In this document: positions 1 to 58,026 of the stretch, piece after piece
How positions within the stretch are numbered: the stretch's first letter is position 1
Layout: each line of letters begins with the position of its first letter
NCBI GenBank assembly: GCA_030141605.1
Contig: JAQGDQ010000703.1
Coordinates: 45,748 to 109,747, forward strand
Reading direction: 5' to 3'
Source: Tubiluchus corallicola
Taxonomy: Eukaryota; Animalia; Priapulida
DNA: 64,000 bases
Notes under the pieces: generated by a model
What the model saw: the letters and a program-made list of their open reading frames with translations, nothing else
Databases searched by the model: none
What the model was told of the DNA's origin: nothing
Program-made: the position numbers and the translations under genes

Positions 1-398
1 TTGCATATATACATTAGCTTCTCGGCTGACTGTATTTTAGTACCGACACAACGCTTAGTATACGGATCAGTTTTCCCACCCTTGAACGGCTGAAATGAAG
101 CATCATCGATAAACTCGGTTTGCTCTATAACATTGAAGCTGAGATCAACACCTTCATCCGTTGTCTTGGTAACCTCTCCCCAGTATAGGAAATGATCGTT
201 GTTTACAACCCGTCCACTAAAATCCGTCTGCGACAACACAGATATATGATCAGTGTAATATTCATCCGCTAGAGAGCGCACAAAACGGTTACATAAGTGA
301 GACTTGCCAACACCGACAGCGCCTTTCTCTCGCTCCGTCCCAGACAAGCCCACAACAGACACGTTAAAGATGCGCCAGTCACCTTTCTTTCCAGCCAT
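1..398 (-). CDS. p190RhoGAP family (ARHGAP35/ARHGAP5-like), N-terminal GTPase-like domain; first coding exon, truncated by window edge
   Basis: Manual translation from ATG 398: [76 protein letters not shown]...[14 protein letters not shown]...SAEKLMYIC, the diagnostic p190 N-terminus with P-loop GKS. Absent from the ORF track because there is no stop in the window. Confidence 0.96.
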   Translation of the reverse strand, partial: MAGKKGDWRIFNVSVVGLSGTEREKGAVGVGKSHLCNRFVRSLADEYYTDHISVLSQTDFSGRVVNNDHFLYWGEVTKTTDEGVDLSFNVIEQTEFIDDASFQPFKGGKTDPYTKRCVGTKIQSAEKLMYIC

Positions 399-3168
399 AG
401 CGAGCAGATGGAGCGACAATCGTTCAGGAATACACAGTTCACATGATTAATTTATTTCCATGACAAGTAGACTTGGGTTTCCAAACAGGCGGATTGTACA
501 AAGGTTTCAAACCAGTACGAATTCTCACTAGTAAATAAACGGCACAAATAAATTGTCACAAACTTTCTAATCATTTGAGAATGTTCTGTCGCATAAGTGT
601 TGCCATTCATTTTTATTTGCAGCTTCTAAGCACATGGTAATACATGCCAATGCCTAAAAAAGAACAAACTTCCTACAACAAATAAAAAACACATATAAAC
701 ATTTGCTAATATTGTACTAGCAAATATCTGCTATTGGAATAAGTTCATAGTAAATACTTTATGAGTACGAAAACTTGCGAATTTGAATGATTTAGCAAAA
801 TATAAAATTGATCACATAAAAAACACTGCATTAAATAAACTCATAGTAAATACTTTATGGATTAAGAAAACATCCAAATTTGAATGATTTAGCAATTCAA
901 CATTAAATTTAATCGCATTAAATAACACTGCATGAAGTTCAAATACACAATGAGAGCATCCATAGCACAACTTCACAAGCTAAGCAAAAGAAAAAATTAC
1001 TTTATCTTCTGAAAAAGATTAATAATGTTTTTTGGTAAGCGGGTGGAATTTTTTGGTGCACACTGGACAGTGAGAAAGACGTTTTTACAGTTAACGCGAA
1101 TGTTTTAACTTACTAAACCTAATGTTAAATAACATAACTTTGTATGGAAAATTTTCTTTGAAAATTTACTTGAAAATTTCACTTTCTCCTCCTTTAAAAA
1201 AGTCACAACTTTCACAATTCTCAAATTTTTAGAAATGAAATGTTGGACTCAAATGAACGTCACTACAGATTCGTTTTGTTACCTTCTTCAAGTTCTTTTA
1301 GAAAATTCGATGCTGCAATTTTATGCAAATATAATATAATACTGTGTTTGACACAAATTGGAGTATTCAACAAAATCAAAAATAGGAAATTTTAAATTAA
1401 TCTTACACATTAGTCATTCACAACTTAGAAATCATTCAGTGAAAAAACTTGCAAACGGCATTACGAACAAATAAATTATAAATCGGCCAATTATCCTATC
1501 ACAGAATGACTTATTTAGGCAGTCAGTTCATCATTTTACAATAATAATCCATAAAATATTCACGTAAATTTCACACCCAGCAAACGCCATATTGCAAAAT
1601 CACGAAAATGACATCGCAAATACACCACCCGATTCTGCGCCTGAAAAGACAAACATACTGGTACAGTCATTGTTATTTTCTCAAAATAGAGCAGCATTCG
1701 AAGAAATGTAGGACATCTTCCACGTTATTCAATGTAGGTCCACGGTTTGATACTTGAATATTTTTCTTTTTGTGGCTTTAGCATTTATTTCCAACATTAC
1801 GCTCAAGAAAAGTTGCTTTAAAAAGTTGTATTAGCCCTCGACACCAGTAGTGGGTGTTTTTGCTTTTACTTTACTTTTATTACTGACACTTACAGATGAC
1901 CAGCAACTTCATCTAAATGTCAATGTAATCAGTGACGATGGTAATTGGTGCTGTAAGTTGTAAAGACTAACTTAAGAACACACAGACTTGCTGCAAAATA
2001 TGCCTTACTATCTTTTTTGCTTAAGATCTCTGTTATAATCGTTTAAAGATTCTTTTGTGCTTGGAAATTTGAGTTTTGTAAAAAAGACAATCCTCTCTTC
2101 AAACAAAATACTTCATAATACATAATAGTAATTTCATTAAGGCACTTCGGGTAAAGGTAAACATAGTAATTTTAATAACCGTACTAAATTTCCCGTTTGA
2201 ATCAGAAAAGAGTAGAAAGTGCAACTATAACAACTGCACCGACAACAAGAACAACAATAATGAAGATGACATAATTCAGGTCAGCAACATTTTTGATTCA
2301 AATAAGCGTTTGCCTGCTAGACTCAATGCAGTAAGATTCCCATTGTGCATGGTAACGAGAGCATAATTATGAGACATGATATCGTTTCATGATGTAGTGA
2401 CGTTGACTATGAATCCTTGCATTATCTTAAATAATTCATTTCAATTCAATTTCAATTTATTTATCTCTTTATAGTGTTACAATAAAACATGATTAATAAA
2501 AGAATCTCTAATAAGTTTTGAAAAATGGTTAAAATGTATAGATAGATCTAGAACTAGAGAAAGGATAGCGAAAAGACTATAAAGTCACCTAGTCTGCTAT
2601 CCTTTACCAAATATAGATAAAAAGAATTTTTAGACACTGGTGGGCATTAATGTTATCAGTTTAATTTAGGAAACATTAGTAATTTTTAAAATTATAACAT
2701 TTTCTATATAATCCAGAGAAAATAATATACATGTAGTTTAATTAGCGGGCAACAAAATAAGGTCAATAAGCGTCAACTTCAATAAAAACTGTAAAAGTGC
2801 ACACAGTGGTATACACCTCTCTAAGGTCGGTAGCAGAGTAATTCCAGTGCAGGTTCAGCACTTAAATTCAGCATTGTGGTATTAACAACTGAAAGAAAAC
2901 AGAAGTTCGTCTCGTAAAAGTTAATGGCTGATTTGCTGGCATTCACTGTGTCCTGACTTTTGTCTTCAACTATTGCTGGTATTTACTTCATTATAGCTAC
3001 AATATTTAAAATAATGTTGTGTAACTTATGACTGCGTAAACTAATGTTACCGAACGGTAAAGTTGCATTTGGTCATTTTTGAGCCAAATACAAACAAAAA
3101 CTCTAAACAAACTGAACACGAAAAAGCACAAAAACTTTGATGCTCTAAGAGCAATCAGTTAATGTTAC

Positions 3169-3815
3169 TTGAAACAGCGCCTTGTTATCAACACCCTCTC
3201 CCACAAGGATACAGCTGGTGTCATTGTCACTCGCAATCCCTCTAGCTCGCTCTCTCGAGCAAATAAGCTATGCCGTAAATTTTACTATTGCACCAATGCT
3301 GTAAAAACACGTCTATTCAATCCTTACTGTAATAGCTTCTACTATATAGCCACCTGGCGGCATTTTCATAATTATAATCTGAACAAACTTAAGGTTGCTC
3401 ATAATAAATCAATGCGAAAATTTTTCAATTATCAGTTTGATCACAGTGCCAGGGACATTTCTGGGACGCATAAATTAGTGTACTTTGATGTTATTTACAG
3501 GAAAAGCATTTACAGTCTGGATACTAGAATTTCAAACAGTAAAAACTTGTTATGTAGAACGATATTCGGTAGTGATACTTTATTTACTTCCAGTATAAGA
3601 AAGATTTGGAGAACGAAATTGTATGCTTAATTTTTACATTGTTGATATTCATTGATATAATGATTGAAGCTAATGCGAAATGTTATTATTATTATTATTA
3701 TTTGTAATGTTGTTTGGTGTTGTTTACCTTGTGTGCTTTGTGTTGTTTATTTACTTGTATTTTTGTTGTATATATATGAACAAAAGTTTGAAATAAAGAA
3801 GTAAATCAAAAATCA
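3169..3815 (+). mobile_element. 5'-truncated non-LTR retrotransposon (LINE) 3' end
   Basis: ORF 3169-3630 (ANKLCRKFYYCTNAVKTRLFNPYC...KLKVAHNKSMRKFF) resembles the post-RT C-terminus of LINE ORF2; followed by a T-rich UTR and AATAAA near 3792. Confidence 0.65.
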
Positions 3816-4057
3816 AATTTACCCGAAACAATGATTATAATGCATGGTGGAATCATAGTGGTACAGTTAGATGAACATGCTTGTTCAGTAAACATACATA
3901 TAAAAACCAAATGCATGTAAATTGAAGAACAATTTATCTTATATTACAGGTTTTAGGCACACCACTAAATATTTATTATAAAAAATAACAACATTACACA
4001 TTTCTTATCGTAAATGTTTCAAGTACAAGCAGGCAGCACAAAAATCTTGCAAAATGC

Positions 4058-4407
4058 TGTGACAATATTTTATTCCATATTGCAACAATGTTGTGCCAAT
4101 ATTTTATTCCATATTGCAACAATGTTGTGACAATATTTTACTCCATATTGCAAGAATGTTGTGACAATATTTTACTCCATATTGCAACAATGTTGTGACA
4201 ATATTTTATTCCATATTGCAACAATGTTGTGACAATATTTTATTCCATATTGCAACAATGTTGTGACAATATTTTATTCCATATTGCAACAATGTTGTGA
4301 CAATATTTTACTCCGTATTGCAAGAATGTTGTGACAATATTTTATTCCATATTGCAACAATGTTGTGACAATATTTTATTCCATATTGCAACAATGTTGT
4401 GGCAATA
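4058..4407. repeat. 34-bp minisatellite, about 10 copies
   Basis: Unit TGTGACAATATTTTATTCCATATTGCAACAATGT. Confidence 0.95.
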
Positions 4408-5708
4408 CTGGTACTCATACTGCCACAATATTTATGCATTTCACACAAATATTGTCATAATATGAAAAAATACTGACAAAAAATATTGGTACAATTTTAT
4501 AGCAAGTCACATTTCCAAGTTGTCCCAAAATTTGCAAGAATTATCGCAACATCATTGTGCCTGCTTGGGTTTGTGTCTTTATTAAATCAATAACAGGCTG
4601 CTGGTATCATTATAAGTTGCAAAAAGTTTTAAAAATGCATTTATATGAAGAAAGCGTGTTCCTGAAAAAGATATCTATTTTGGAAACAGTGAACACAAAA
4701 TTACACCTTAAAATTAAAATTAAAGCTAACATTAGACGCAGGAGCAAAATTTAGCAAGCAAGTGATAATACGACAACCCACACGGGTTGTTCTAAACAGC
4801 CATGCAGGGGCGTAGCCAGGTTCTAAATGTAAATTGTATATATAAACGTATATCTATCGTATATTGCACAAACACCACGAATAACTTGGATATTGAAACA
4901 TCCCAGAATTAAAAGGAAAGGTCAAAGGTCAAGTCGTGTAGAAAGTTAGGCTTATTCCAATGTTTGCGAAAAATGTTACGAAGATTTAGTAATAAAGTCT
5001 GATGAGCACCTCGTGTAATTAGTAAAATCACTTCAAAGTCAAAATCATTTCACACTTTAACGCTCCCATTTTGAATACCCATCCTTCTGCCAAGTCAGCA
5101 GAAGAAAAGCAGTACACCTGTCGATTTCCGTCAAAAAATTAGATAGCGAACTTTAAGCAGATAGATTGAAGTTTAAGCAACACGTATTTACAGAAAGACA
5201 TGACGCGCTTACGAAAAGTCATTAAGCTCGTCAATTATGCCAGTCAATGGCGACTACCATCATACCTGAATTAACTTTATGATTTACAGATATTTTTTTC
5301 AAATTTATTTGTTGCATTTTCTGAAGTCGACAGTAAAATAAACCGAACATTTACTAAGTGACTTGTTCCTCTCCTTTAAGCCAAACAAACACCAAATAGA
5401 TTAATCTTCGCTTGAAAATACAACTTCTTTACAAAACAACAAACCAATTTTGTTTTGCCAAGAAACAAAACAAATAAGTTTAGTTAGTACAAAATATGAC
5501 GACGTGACTGCATTAATTAATACGATGGAAAATCCCAGCACAAACCCGTCTGATACGGTACTATAACTAAAGTAAAAACAACTAAGAACACCAACCGACC
5601 AACTGTGATTCAAAAGTAACAAGCTTTTCATTTAGTCTGTCATGTCTGACCGAGTGTCTGTGTGTGATAGTCAGTTTCATCTGACTTGCCAACTTGGCAA
5701 TGAACACT

Positions 5709-6366
5709 CAGTGGCGTAGCAAGCGCTTGTGGCACCCCTTTGCGAAAAAACCTTTGGCCCTACCCCTTTTAATATTTTGATCATTTGTTTCCTGGACCAA
5801 GCCACAAATTGTGTACGTCTTATACGTCTTTGATCCCGACTTTCCTTTTTTGACATGATGGGATAAAGATAAACGAATTTTTTCTAAGAATCACCCTGAG
5901 TTTGATTTGTGGTACTGCAGCAGAGTAACTCTTTTCTAAGCATTAGTTGCTCATAACACCACAGTCATTAAACATTCAGCTCCAGCATTAAAACATGTAA
6001 AGATTATGAAAGATACAGAACACTACAGGTTTTCATAATAATACAATCAGCATTTAGAGAAACGTCACTGTTTCTCTCAAAATTATCAATCTGCTAAGTC
6101 ACAAGATACCCTACACACACCGTTAAGTAACAACATTAGTCTTTTTGCTAGGCTGAATGTAGTAATTAAGTCAGCTACGATGATCTCTGACTAGGCAGTT
6201 TTGTTGCAGTTTGAAAACTTTTGTTAATTATTTTGTTAATGTCGGATTTGTAATCAATTCAACATTAATAATTAAAGGTTACCGAACTCTGGAAGAATTT
6301 TGCAGCCTTTCAACTTGCACCAGGGGACGATTGTCCCCCTGTCACCCCCACCTTGCTACGCCTCTG
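5709..6366 (+). mobile_element. hAT-like MITE (family C); further copies inverted at about 35124-35570 and 47450-48075
   Basis: TIRs CAGTGGCGTAGCAAG...CTTGCTACGCCTCTG; internal sequence (GATACAGAACACTACAGGTTTTCATAATAATACAATC) recurs reverse-complemented at the other two loci. Confidence 0.8.
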
Positions 6367-6541
6367 GAACCACCCCAGAAAAAGCTCCTGTGATAACAAG
6401 TCAGTACGTGCGACGTCATCATTTACAAATTCACACTAACGCAAAATAAAATCGTCCATTTGCAAATGAAACACTTTGCACGGCAACAAGATGAAAAAAT
6501 TACGATGTTCAACTATATTACAACAACTTTTAAACAAAAGC

Positions 6542-51179
<44,638 letters not shown>

Positions 51180-51233
51180 TTCCAGACTGCTACAAAATAA
51201 AGATAATTGCACTAATTATGAAGAAACATTTAC

Positions 51234-51725
51234 AGTTGTAACCAGTAACATGTTCTGTGCAATACTACTTCTGCTGTCTGAAATTAGAGATGGGTGATAT
51301 TGAAATTCGATTGTAATATTTTTCTTGTAATTCGATTGTTGTAACCAGTAATATGTTCTGTGCAATACTGCTTCTGCTGTCTGAAATTCGATTGTAATCT
51401 TGTTCTTGTAATTCGATAGTTGTAACCAGTAACATGTTCTGTGCAATACTACTTCTGCTGTCTGAAATTAGTGATGGGCGATTGTGAAATTTGAATGTAA
51501 TCTTGTTCTTGTAATTCGATAGTTGTAACCAGTAACATGTTCTGTGCAATACTGCTTCTGCTGTCTGAAATTAGTGATGGGTGATTTTGAAATTCGATTA
51601 TAATCTTGTTCTTGTAATTCAATAGTTGCAACCAGTAACATGTTCTGTGCAATACTGCTTCTGCTGTCTGAAATTAGTGATGGGCGATTCTGAAATTCGA
51701 TTACAATCTTGTTCTTGTAATTCGA
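51234..51725. repeat. ~103-bp x5 tandem repeat spanning the left end of a hAT MITE
   Basis: Unit = flank ...CTGCTGTCTGAAAT plus TIR TAGTGATGGGCGATT... Confidence 0.88.
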
Positions 51726-52148
51726 TATCACGATTAATCTTTTGCAGCAATTTTTAGTGTTTCAGCCACATTTGTCAAACATTGCAGCAGTGAAATACAG
51801 TCTATAAACTTCTTCATGGCTTTCATCACTGTCTGCCATTTTTGTACTTGCAAACTGTTTTTATAGACAAGTACATTCATTCACTACTATGTCAACTGCA
51901 CACGTCACGTGAAAACGAATAAGAAAACCCAGTTTGCAACACTGTGGTTTGCAACTGTGTGCATTGTGTAAAGTGAGAAAAATGAAGAAAAATATGCAAG
52001 AATTCAGTTTATTTGTGCTAAAACATTGCATTTCAGTGGATTACAAGTATATTTTGCTCTCGATTAATTGAAATTACTGTTCAATTGCCAATTATATCGA
52101 TTTACACATGGTTGTAATCTCGATTACTCTAGTAATTGCCCGTCACTG
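51675..52148. mobile_element. hAT-type MITE with 8-bp TSD TCTGAAAT
   Basis: TAGTGATGGGCGATT ... AATTGCCCGTCACTG; TSD at 51667-51674 and 52149-52156. Confidence 0.8.
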
Positions 52149-52802
52149 TCTGAAATGTCTTCCTTATCTGAGACTTAATGACCAGTCAGACCAGTGGTCT
52201 TGATGCTTTAACCACCTAAAGCCAGTCTACAGCACTGTAAACCTGTTTGTATTGTAAACAACTAATCCTACCTGCAACCGTTCATCTAGTGTGTCTAACT
52301 CCTAGCTGAGCTTTCAGTCATCTATTACAAAAACTCTACAAGGTGATAACAAAAAAACTGCCCTTTAAGCAATCCAAGGTCAAAGGTCACTAGGTGGTTC
52401 ACCAGAGTGCAGGTCAACCAAGTACATAAGCTAATTAATTTTTTGGTTGAACAGTTGCTTACAGCTTTGGCACATTTTATTACTACCCATCAATGTTCAA
52501 TTGCAAGATAAATTATTCTTATTCTTAAAAAAGCTCACTGCTGTTTACAAAGTAACAGTTAGTGCATCCGCATCCGTGTTTGAATAATTATTTTGAGGAT
52601 TTAATATTATGGCCTACTCACAAATTTAATAAATTAATAAACAAGACACCATTAGTTCAAAATTCACACGGAAACGCAATACTGATTTCTCATGTGGTTT
52701 GCAATTTAACATGATAAAGTAAACACACTTAACAAGCGGCATAATGTGTAAACAGATCATAGTTCACATCAAGATGTCATATTAATAAATTATTTTACTT
52801 AC

Positions 52803-52900
52803 CGTTTCGAATCCTTGTGAGTAAACGTTGCAAACTATAAAATACATGTGCCGTTTAGTTGCTGTTTGGACTTGTTTTTTTCAGTCTTCATGATCGATGG
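52803..52900 (-). other. VCPIP1: Probable non-coding first exon of VCPIP1 (5' end uncertain)
   Basis: Strong donor ACG|GTAAGT at 52803 in unique sequence upstream of the coding exon 1 acceptor. Confidence 0.45.
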
Positions 52901-53366
52901 TGAGATTAACTCGAGTCATTAAAGGAGAATTGCGTTATACGTTTTTTTTGTTGCGCGAATCAACCACTTTTACCGCAAATGTACGTTTAATCTAATAATT
53001 GCAAAAAATCTTACGTTTTAACCTGGCTGACCTAAATACGATGTTGTTTCAAATAATATCATTAATTTTGTACATAATTCTTTCACGACTTTATCATGAC
53101 TTTATAGTACAGTTGCGTAAACTCACTTATTTGCACTCTCACTCAAATATCGACGTACTGACTCAGAGCCAATTCCCAACGACGCCGACAGTCAGATGAC
53201 ATTTAGTAAATCAAAGTCACAATACGTGACAGTAAGCAAAATCAAAGAATTCGTAAAAAACATTATAGAAAAAAATGACTTGTATGTAAGAAGTGTTTTA
53301 GAAGAAACTTTCAATATTAATTTTAAAAGGTTCTATTACAGAAAAGAGAGACCATTGTTTGAGCAT

Positions 53367-53694
53367 TAGGGGTGAGCATCGAATGCAGATTCGAATAATT
53401 CAGCATTTCAATCACATATGTTCCTGATCATTAAAACGATTGAAACATCATGCAATTAGCATAATTTAGCTGTGATTTCTGCGCACAACTTTAAACAAAT
53501 TACTAGTGGTTTTATTGCAGAACAAAATCTAGTGATATGCATGACTAATTTTTACTGGTGGTTCGAAAACTTGTTCGAAAATCGTTCAATCTCAATTCGA
53601 ATTCGAAACACTGAAGTTCGGTTCGATTCGAATTCGAAAGTCACAAATTCGGCTCGATTCGAATTCGCTTTCTGGTAGAGAATGCTCACCCCTA
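53367..53694. mobile_element. hAT-type MITE with perfect 8-bp TSD TTGAGCAT
   Basis: TIRs TAGGGGTGAGCAT...ATGCTCACCCCTA; subterminal TTCGAA repeats. Confidence 0.9.
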
Positions 53695-53702
53695 TTGAGC
53701 AT

Positions 53703-54520
53703 AAGCAAAAGAGGGGAACAGTGTCATATATGAAGAGAGAATTGATGTCGCGGAGTAGTGAAAAAGAAGTTGTTAGAAAGTGTATGAGAATAAGAATTCT
53801 CTTGTTTGAAACAACAACTATGCCATCATTAATGCACTATACTGAAGCTTGGGGCCGACTAAATGAAGCAAAGTGGGATGAAATGGAAAAACTGCAGAGA
53901 GCTATAGCATGTACAATCTTGAATCAAATGAGTTTGGCAAGTTACTGTGTGCTAACATGATATTAGGCCTTTGGCCCATAAGACAGAGAATATCTTATGA
54001 GCAATTAAGGTCATACGAACACTATGGATTTTTGAGGAAGAAAGAAATGCAAATAAAGTATTTCAGCAGTGTTGGAAAAGGAAATTTTTGGAAGTTGGAC
54101 TGAAGACATAAAAGAAACAGCAGAGTCGTACGAAATAGATATAAATGATGTGAGATTAAAGCAAATAAATAAATCTGAACGGAAACAATAAATAAAACTA
54201 GCTGTTATATAAAAATTATTGAACTAATGAGTGGAAAACATTACTAAAGAAAAAGTGTCAGAAAATGAATAAAGCTGAGATTTATAGAAAATGCTGTAGG
54301 AAAGTGGAATAAACCCATTATAATACGTGAGCAAGTGTAACCAAAAAAATCTATGAACTAACATAATGGAAAGTGAACATGATTAAAGTTAAAACAAATT
54401 TTAAAAACGAGTTCAACAATGATTTGAAATATCTTGAGCGTAAAAATCAGCATGACACAACTGAACATTTACTGAAATGTGAGAAAGCTTTAATTGAGTG
54501 AATCGGATATAGAGTGAAAT
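53703..54520 (+). mobile_element. Degenerate LINE ORF2 3' fragment
   Basis: RILLFETTTMPSLMHYTEAWGRL..LQR, frameshifted continuation LGLWPI, and a terminal HDTTEHLLKC-like motif. Confidence 0.5.
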
Positions 54521-54928
54521 CTAAATACATTCGAAACAGAAGAGTTGGTAATAATCAATACTAGGATACAAAAAGTAGTGAAAACGAGACAATGTGACTA
54601 GAAATAGAAATTTAGTATTGCAGTTGTATACATTGTAAATGTATGTAAGAGTAATCGCAGACTGTCTGCATTGAGTAAGCAAGGACATCATGTTAATGTA
54701 AAATTTTTGGATTGCTACTAGGACTTCTACTTGTTTCTGTCTTTGTGCTAGAAAGGCCAGTGTGAACAAATTGAACCGCCTGATTCAATGACTTATTTTC
54801 ACTTATACCAAGATAAGCACGGCCTAGATGGGTAAGAGCTTTAGTGAGCAAGGCAGAAGACCAATATATCTTTTCATCACTGAGACGTTTTCCATAATAA
54901 TTCTCATTTCCCGATACTTTTCCCTTTT

Positions 54929-55854
54929 ATTAGCCTGTCTTCTAACTACATTTTCTGTACATTCAATGATCTTATACTTGAAAGTTGATGGTGTTCCTGG
55001 TCATCACTGATGACTCGGCTATTAGCCTGTCTTCTAACTATATTTTGTGTACATTCAATGATCTTACTACTTGAAAGTTGATGGTGTTCCTGGTCATCAC
55101 TGATGAATTGGCTATTAGCCTGTCTTCTAACTATATTTTCTTTACATTCAATGATCTTACTACTTGAAAGTTGATGTGTTCCTGGTCATCATTGATGACT
55201 CAGCTATTAGCCATATATATATATATATATATATTGAACCTTAGAACATATATATTGTATAAGAACAGCTTTGGAGTAGAACCATATGTTTATATTAATG
55301 TGCAAGGAAAATACAGGTCTGTGCTTGCAAAGCTAAGAAGTGGTACTCTTCCCCTGGAACTGGAGCATGGTAGGTTTAGAAATGTTAAGGTTGGTGAACG
55401 TTTGTGTAAGATATGTTGCTGTGGAGATGTAGAAGATGAATCTCACTTTATGTTTGTTTGTACACATTATAGACTAGAGAGAGAAGAATTTTTCCAAGAT
55501 ATTAACATGGACCCGGAACAATTAGATAATGTAAATAAATGGAAATATATTATGTCAGAAGAGAATGTCCTTAGGACTGCAAAATATGCTTATCAGATTT
55601 TTAGAATGAGGCAAAGCAAGATATATATTTAATACATGACTTTTCCATTCAGGTATATGTTAAAATTCCATATTATATATTTTCTTTTATTTGATATTCT
55701 ATGTAAATGAACTGCACAGTTATTATGTGATAAATTTTCATGAAATTGACTTGTAAGCCCAAGTGGGCTGGAAACAGCTTTAATAACATTTTACAGTATT
55801 AATTAACACATGAATTATTACATTGTTATTATCATATGTTTATGTCAATAAAGA

Positions 55855-55889
<35 letters not shown>

Positions 55890-56908
55890 CCAATTAGCCT
55901 GTCTTCTAACTACATTTTCTTTACATTCAATGATCTTACTACTTGAAAGTTGATGCGTTCCTGGTCATCACTGATGACTCGGCTATTAGCCTGTCTTCTA
56001 ACTACATTTTCTTTACATTCAATGATTTTACTACTTGAAAGTTGATGCGTTCCTGGTCATCACTGATGACTCGGCTATTAGCCTGTCTTCTAACTACATT
56101 TTCTTTACATTCAATGATCTTACTACTTGAAAGTTGATGGTGTTCCTGGTCATCACTGATGACTCGGCTATTAGCCTGTCTTCTAACTATATTTTGTGTA
56201 CATTCAATGATCTTACTACTTGAAAGTTGATGTGTTCCTGGTCATCATTGATGACTCGGCTACTAGCCTGTTTTCTAACTACATTTTCTTTACATTCAAT
56301 GATCTTACTACTTGAAAGTTGATGTGTTCCTGGTCATCATTGATGACTCGGCTATTAGCCTGTCTTCTAACTACATTTTCTTTACATTCAATGATCTTAC
56401 TACTTGAAAGTTGATGGTGTTCCTGGTCATCACTGATGACTCGGCTATTAGCCTGTCTTCTAACTATATTTTGTGTACATTCAATGATCTTACTACTTGA
56501 AAGTTGATGTGTTCCTGGTCATCATTGATGACTCGGCTATTAGCCTGTCTTCTAACTATATTTTCTTTACATTCAATGATCTTACTACTTGAAAGTTGAT
56601 GTGTTCCTGGTCATCATTGATGACTCGGCTATTAGCCTGTCTTCTAACTATATTTTCTTTACATTCAATGATCTTACTACTTGAAAGTTGATGGTGTTCC
56701 TGGGCATCACTGATGACTCGGCTATTAGCCTGTCTTCTAACTATATTTTGTGTACATTCAATGATCTTACTACTTGAAAGTTGATGGTGTTCCTGGGCAT
56801 CACTGATGACTCGGCTATTAGCCTGTCTTCTAACTACATTTTCTTTACATTCAATGATCTTACTACTTGAAAGCTGATGGTGTTCCTGGTCATCATTCAC
56901 GACTCGGC
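54929..56908. repeat. 91-93-bp tandem array (about 14 copies) split by a LINE insertion
   Basis: Unit ATTAGCCTGTCTTCTAACTACATTTTCTTTACATTCAATGATCTTACTACTTGAAAGTTGATGGTGTTCCTGGTCATCACTGATGACTCGGCT. Confidence 0.95.
55213..55892 (+). mobile_element. 5'-truncated LINE with C-terminal CCHC motif and (ATCA)n tail
   Basis: YRSVLAKLRSGTLPLELEHGRF...RLCKICCCGDVEDESHFMFVC; AATAAA then (ATCA)n; ATTAGCC duplicated on both sides. Confidence 0.85.
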
Positions 56909-57115
56909 TGCAAAATTAATGTCTTTAAAAAGATCTAATGTTGTTAGCACTAATGACGTTTTCGTATCTGCTGTTCCAAGGATGTGTGAAGAAATTGCTT
57001 TTCGTAAGTTTCGTAGTTCATGACTTCTCATAAGTGCTTCATAATTTTCCAAAGGCGTGTTGTTTAAACTAAGACTAATTCAAGCGTCTGCAGCTTAACT
57101 TGATCTACATGCTTG

Positions 57116-57220
57116 ATTTTTACAGACATACAACCAGTTCTGCCTATGCAAACTGGTTGTAAGTTTGTAAAAATTTGCCACTGATGATGACAGCAGTAGC
57201 TCTGTCGAAAGGTTTGATAT
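57116..57220 (+). ncRNA. Long hairpin plus degenerate hammerhead-ribozyme motif (Penelope-like remnant)
   Basis: 24-bp arms 57116-57174, then CTGATGA-T-GACAG-loop-CTGTC-GAAA. Confidence 0.4.
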
Positions 57221-57885
57221 GATTTTTTAACTATGTGTATAAAAAGTTTTATTAAATATGTGGTGTTTTAACTGTAAAAGTCCTCTGCGTATTATAATGT
57301 TAGTAAAATGACTACAAGACTATTGCTATTGCAGAATGACTACAGAATTTGGAAAAAATTATAGTGCAGCACGCTGTCTGTTCAAAAGTTGGAAATATAA
57401 ACTCTCATCTAATGTCAGCTCGTCATATTGTACGTATTTCCCTTCAAGTAACTTTAATGCTAATAAATGGAGTGAGTTTTTGGATGCAGCAGTTGCTAAT
57501 CCTGCTACGGAGATATCCCATTTTCTAGAGTTTTTTCTTGGTTTTTGGGCAACTGCAGGGGGGATAGCTGATTTGCGGTCATGCGGTTGCATAATCCGCA
57601 ACAATCTTGCCGGCAGTGAATGAATGCGGATTGCGGATTTTTAATACCTAAATCGCGATTTTGCGAAAAATTGCAGCAAGGAAAAGCCACGTATGTAAGG
57701 TAACTTTTCAATTGTTTTCACAAATGGTTTACCCAATTTCAGTACAATTTTTGTTAAGCATTGCCTTGCTTGTGGCCACATTTAAAGACCTTTCATCACT
57801 ATTTAACATGCCCTCATCACCTCTTTATTTTTTTTGCTGTTTCCCGAATTTTACCTGGAAATTCTTAAACGCAAAGCATTGCTTA

Positions 57886-58026
57886 TAACAATACAATACA
57901 ATACAGTGCAATACAGTACAACACACTCAATGCAATACAACGCAACGCAACGCAATACAATACAATGCAAAACAATAACATAAAATAAAATACAATACAA
58001 AACAATACAACACAACACAATACAAT
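57886..58026. repeat. (CAATA)n-type pentanucleotide microsatellite
   Basis: Direct reading of the sequence. Confidence 0.9.

Larger units (their letters stand above)
399..5266 (-). other. Probable 5' UTR and first intron of the p190RhoGAP gene
   Basis: Candidate acceptor TTTGTCTTTTCAG|G at 1640 and candidate donor CAG|GTATGA at 5266; inferred from splice consensus only. Confidence 0.35.

Noticed and set aside
4998-5022. Second hammerhead-like motif CTGATGAGCAC..GTG
   Set aside because: Lacks the GAAA core and flanking stems.
54929-56908. Tandem hammerhead (retrozyme) or C/D snoRNA array suggested by CTGATGA in the units
   Set aside because: No stem II closing onto GAAA and no properly placed terminal C/D box pair.
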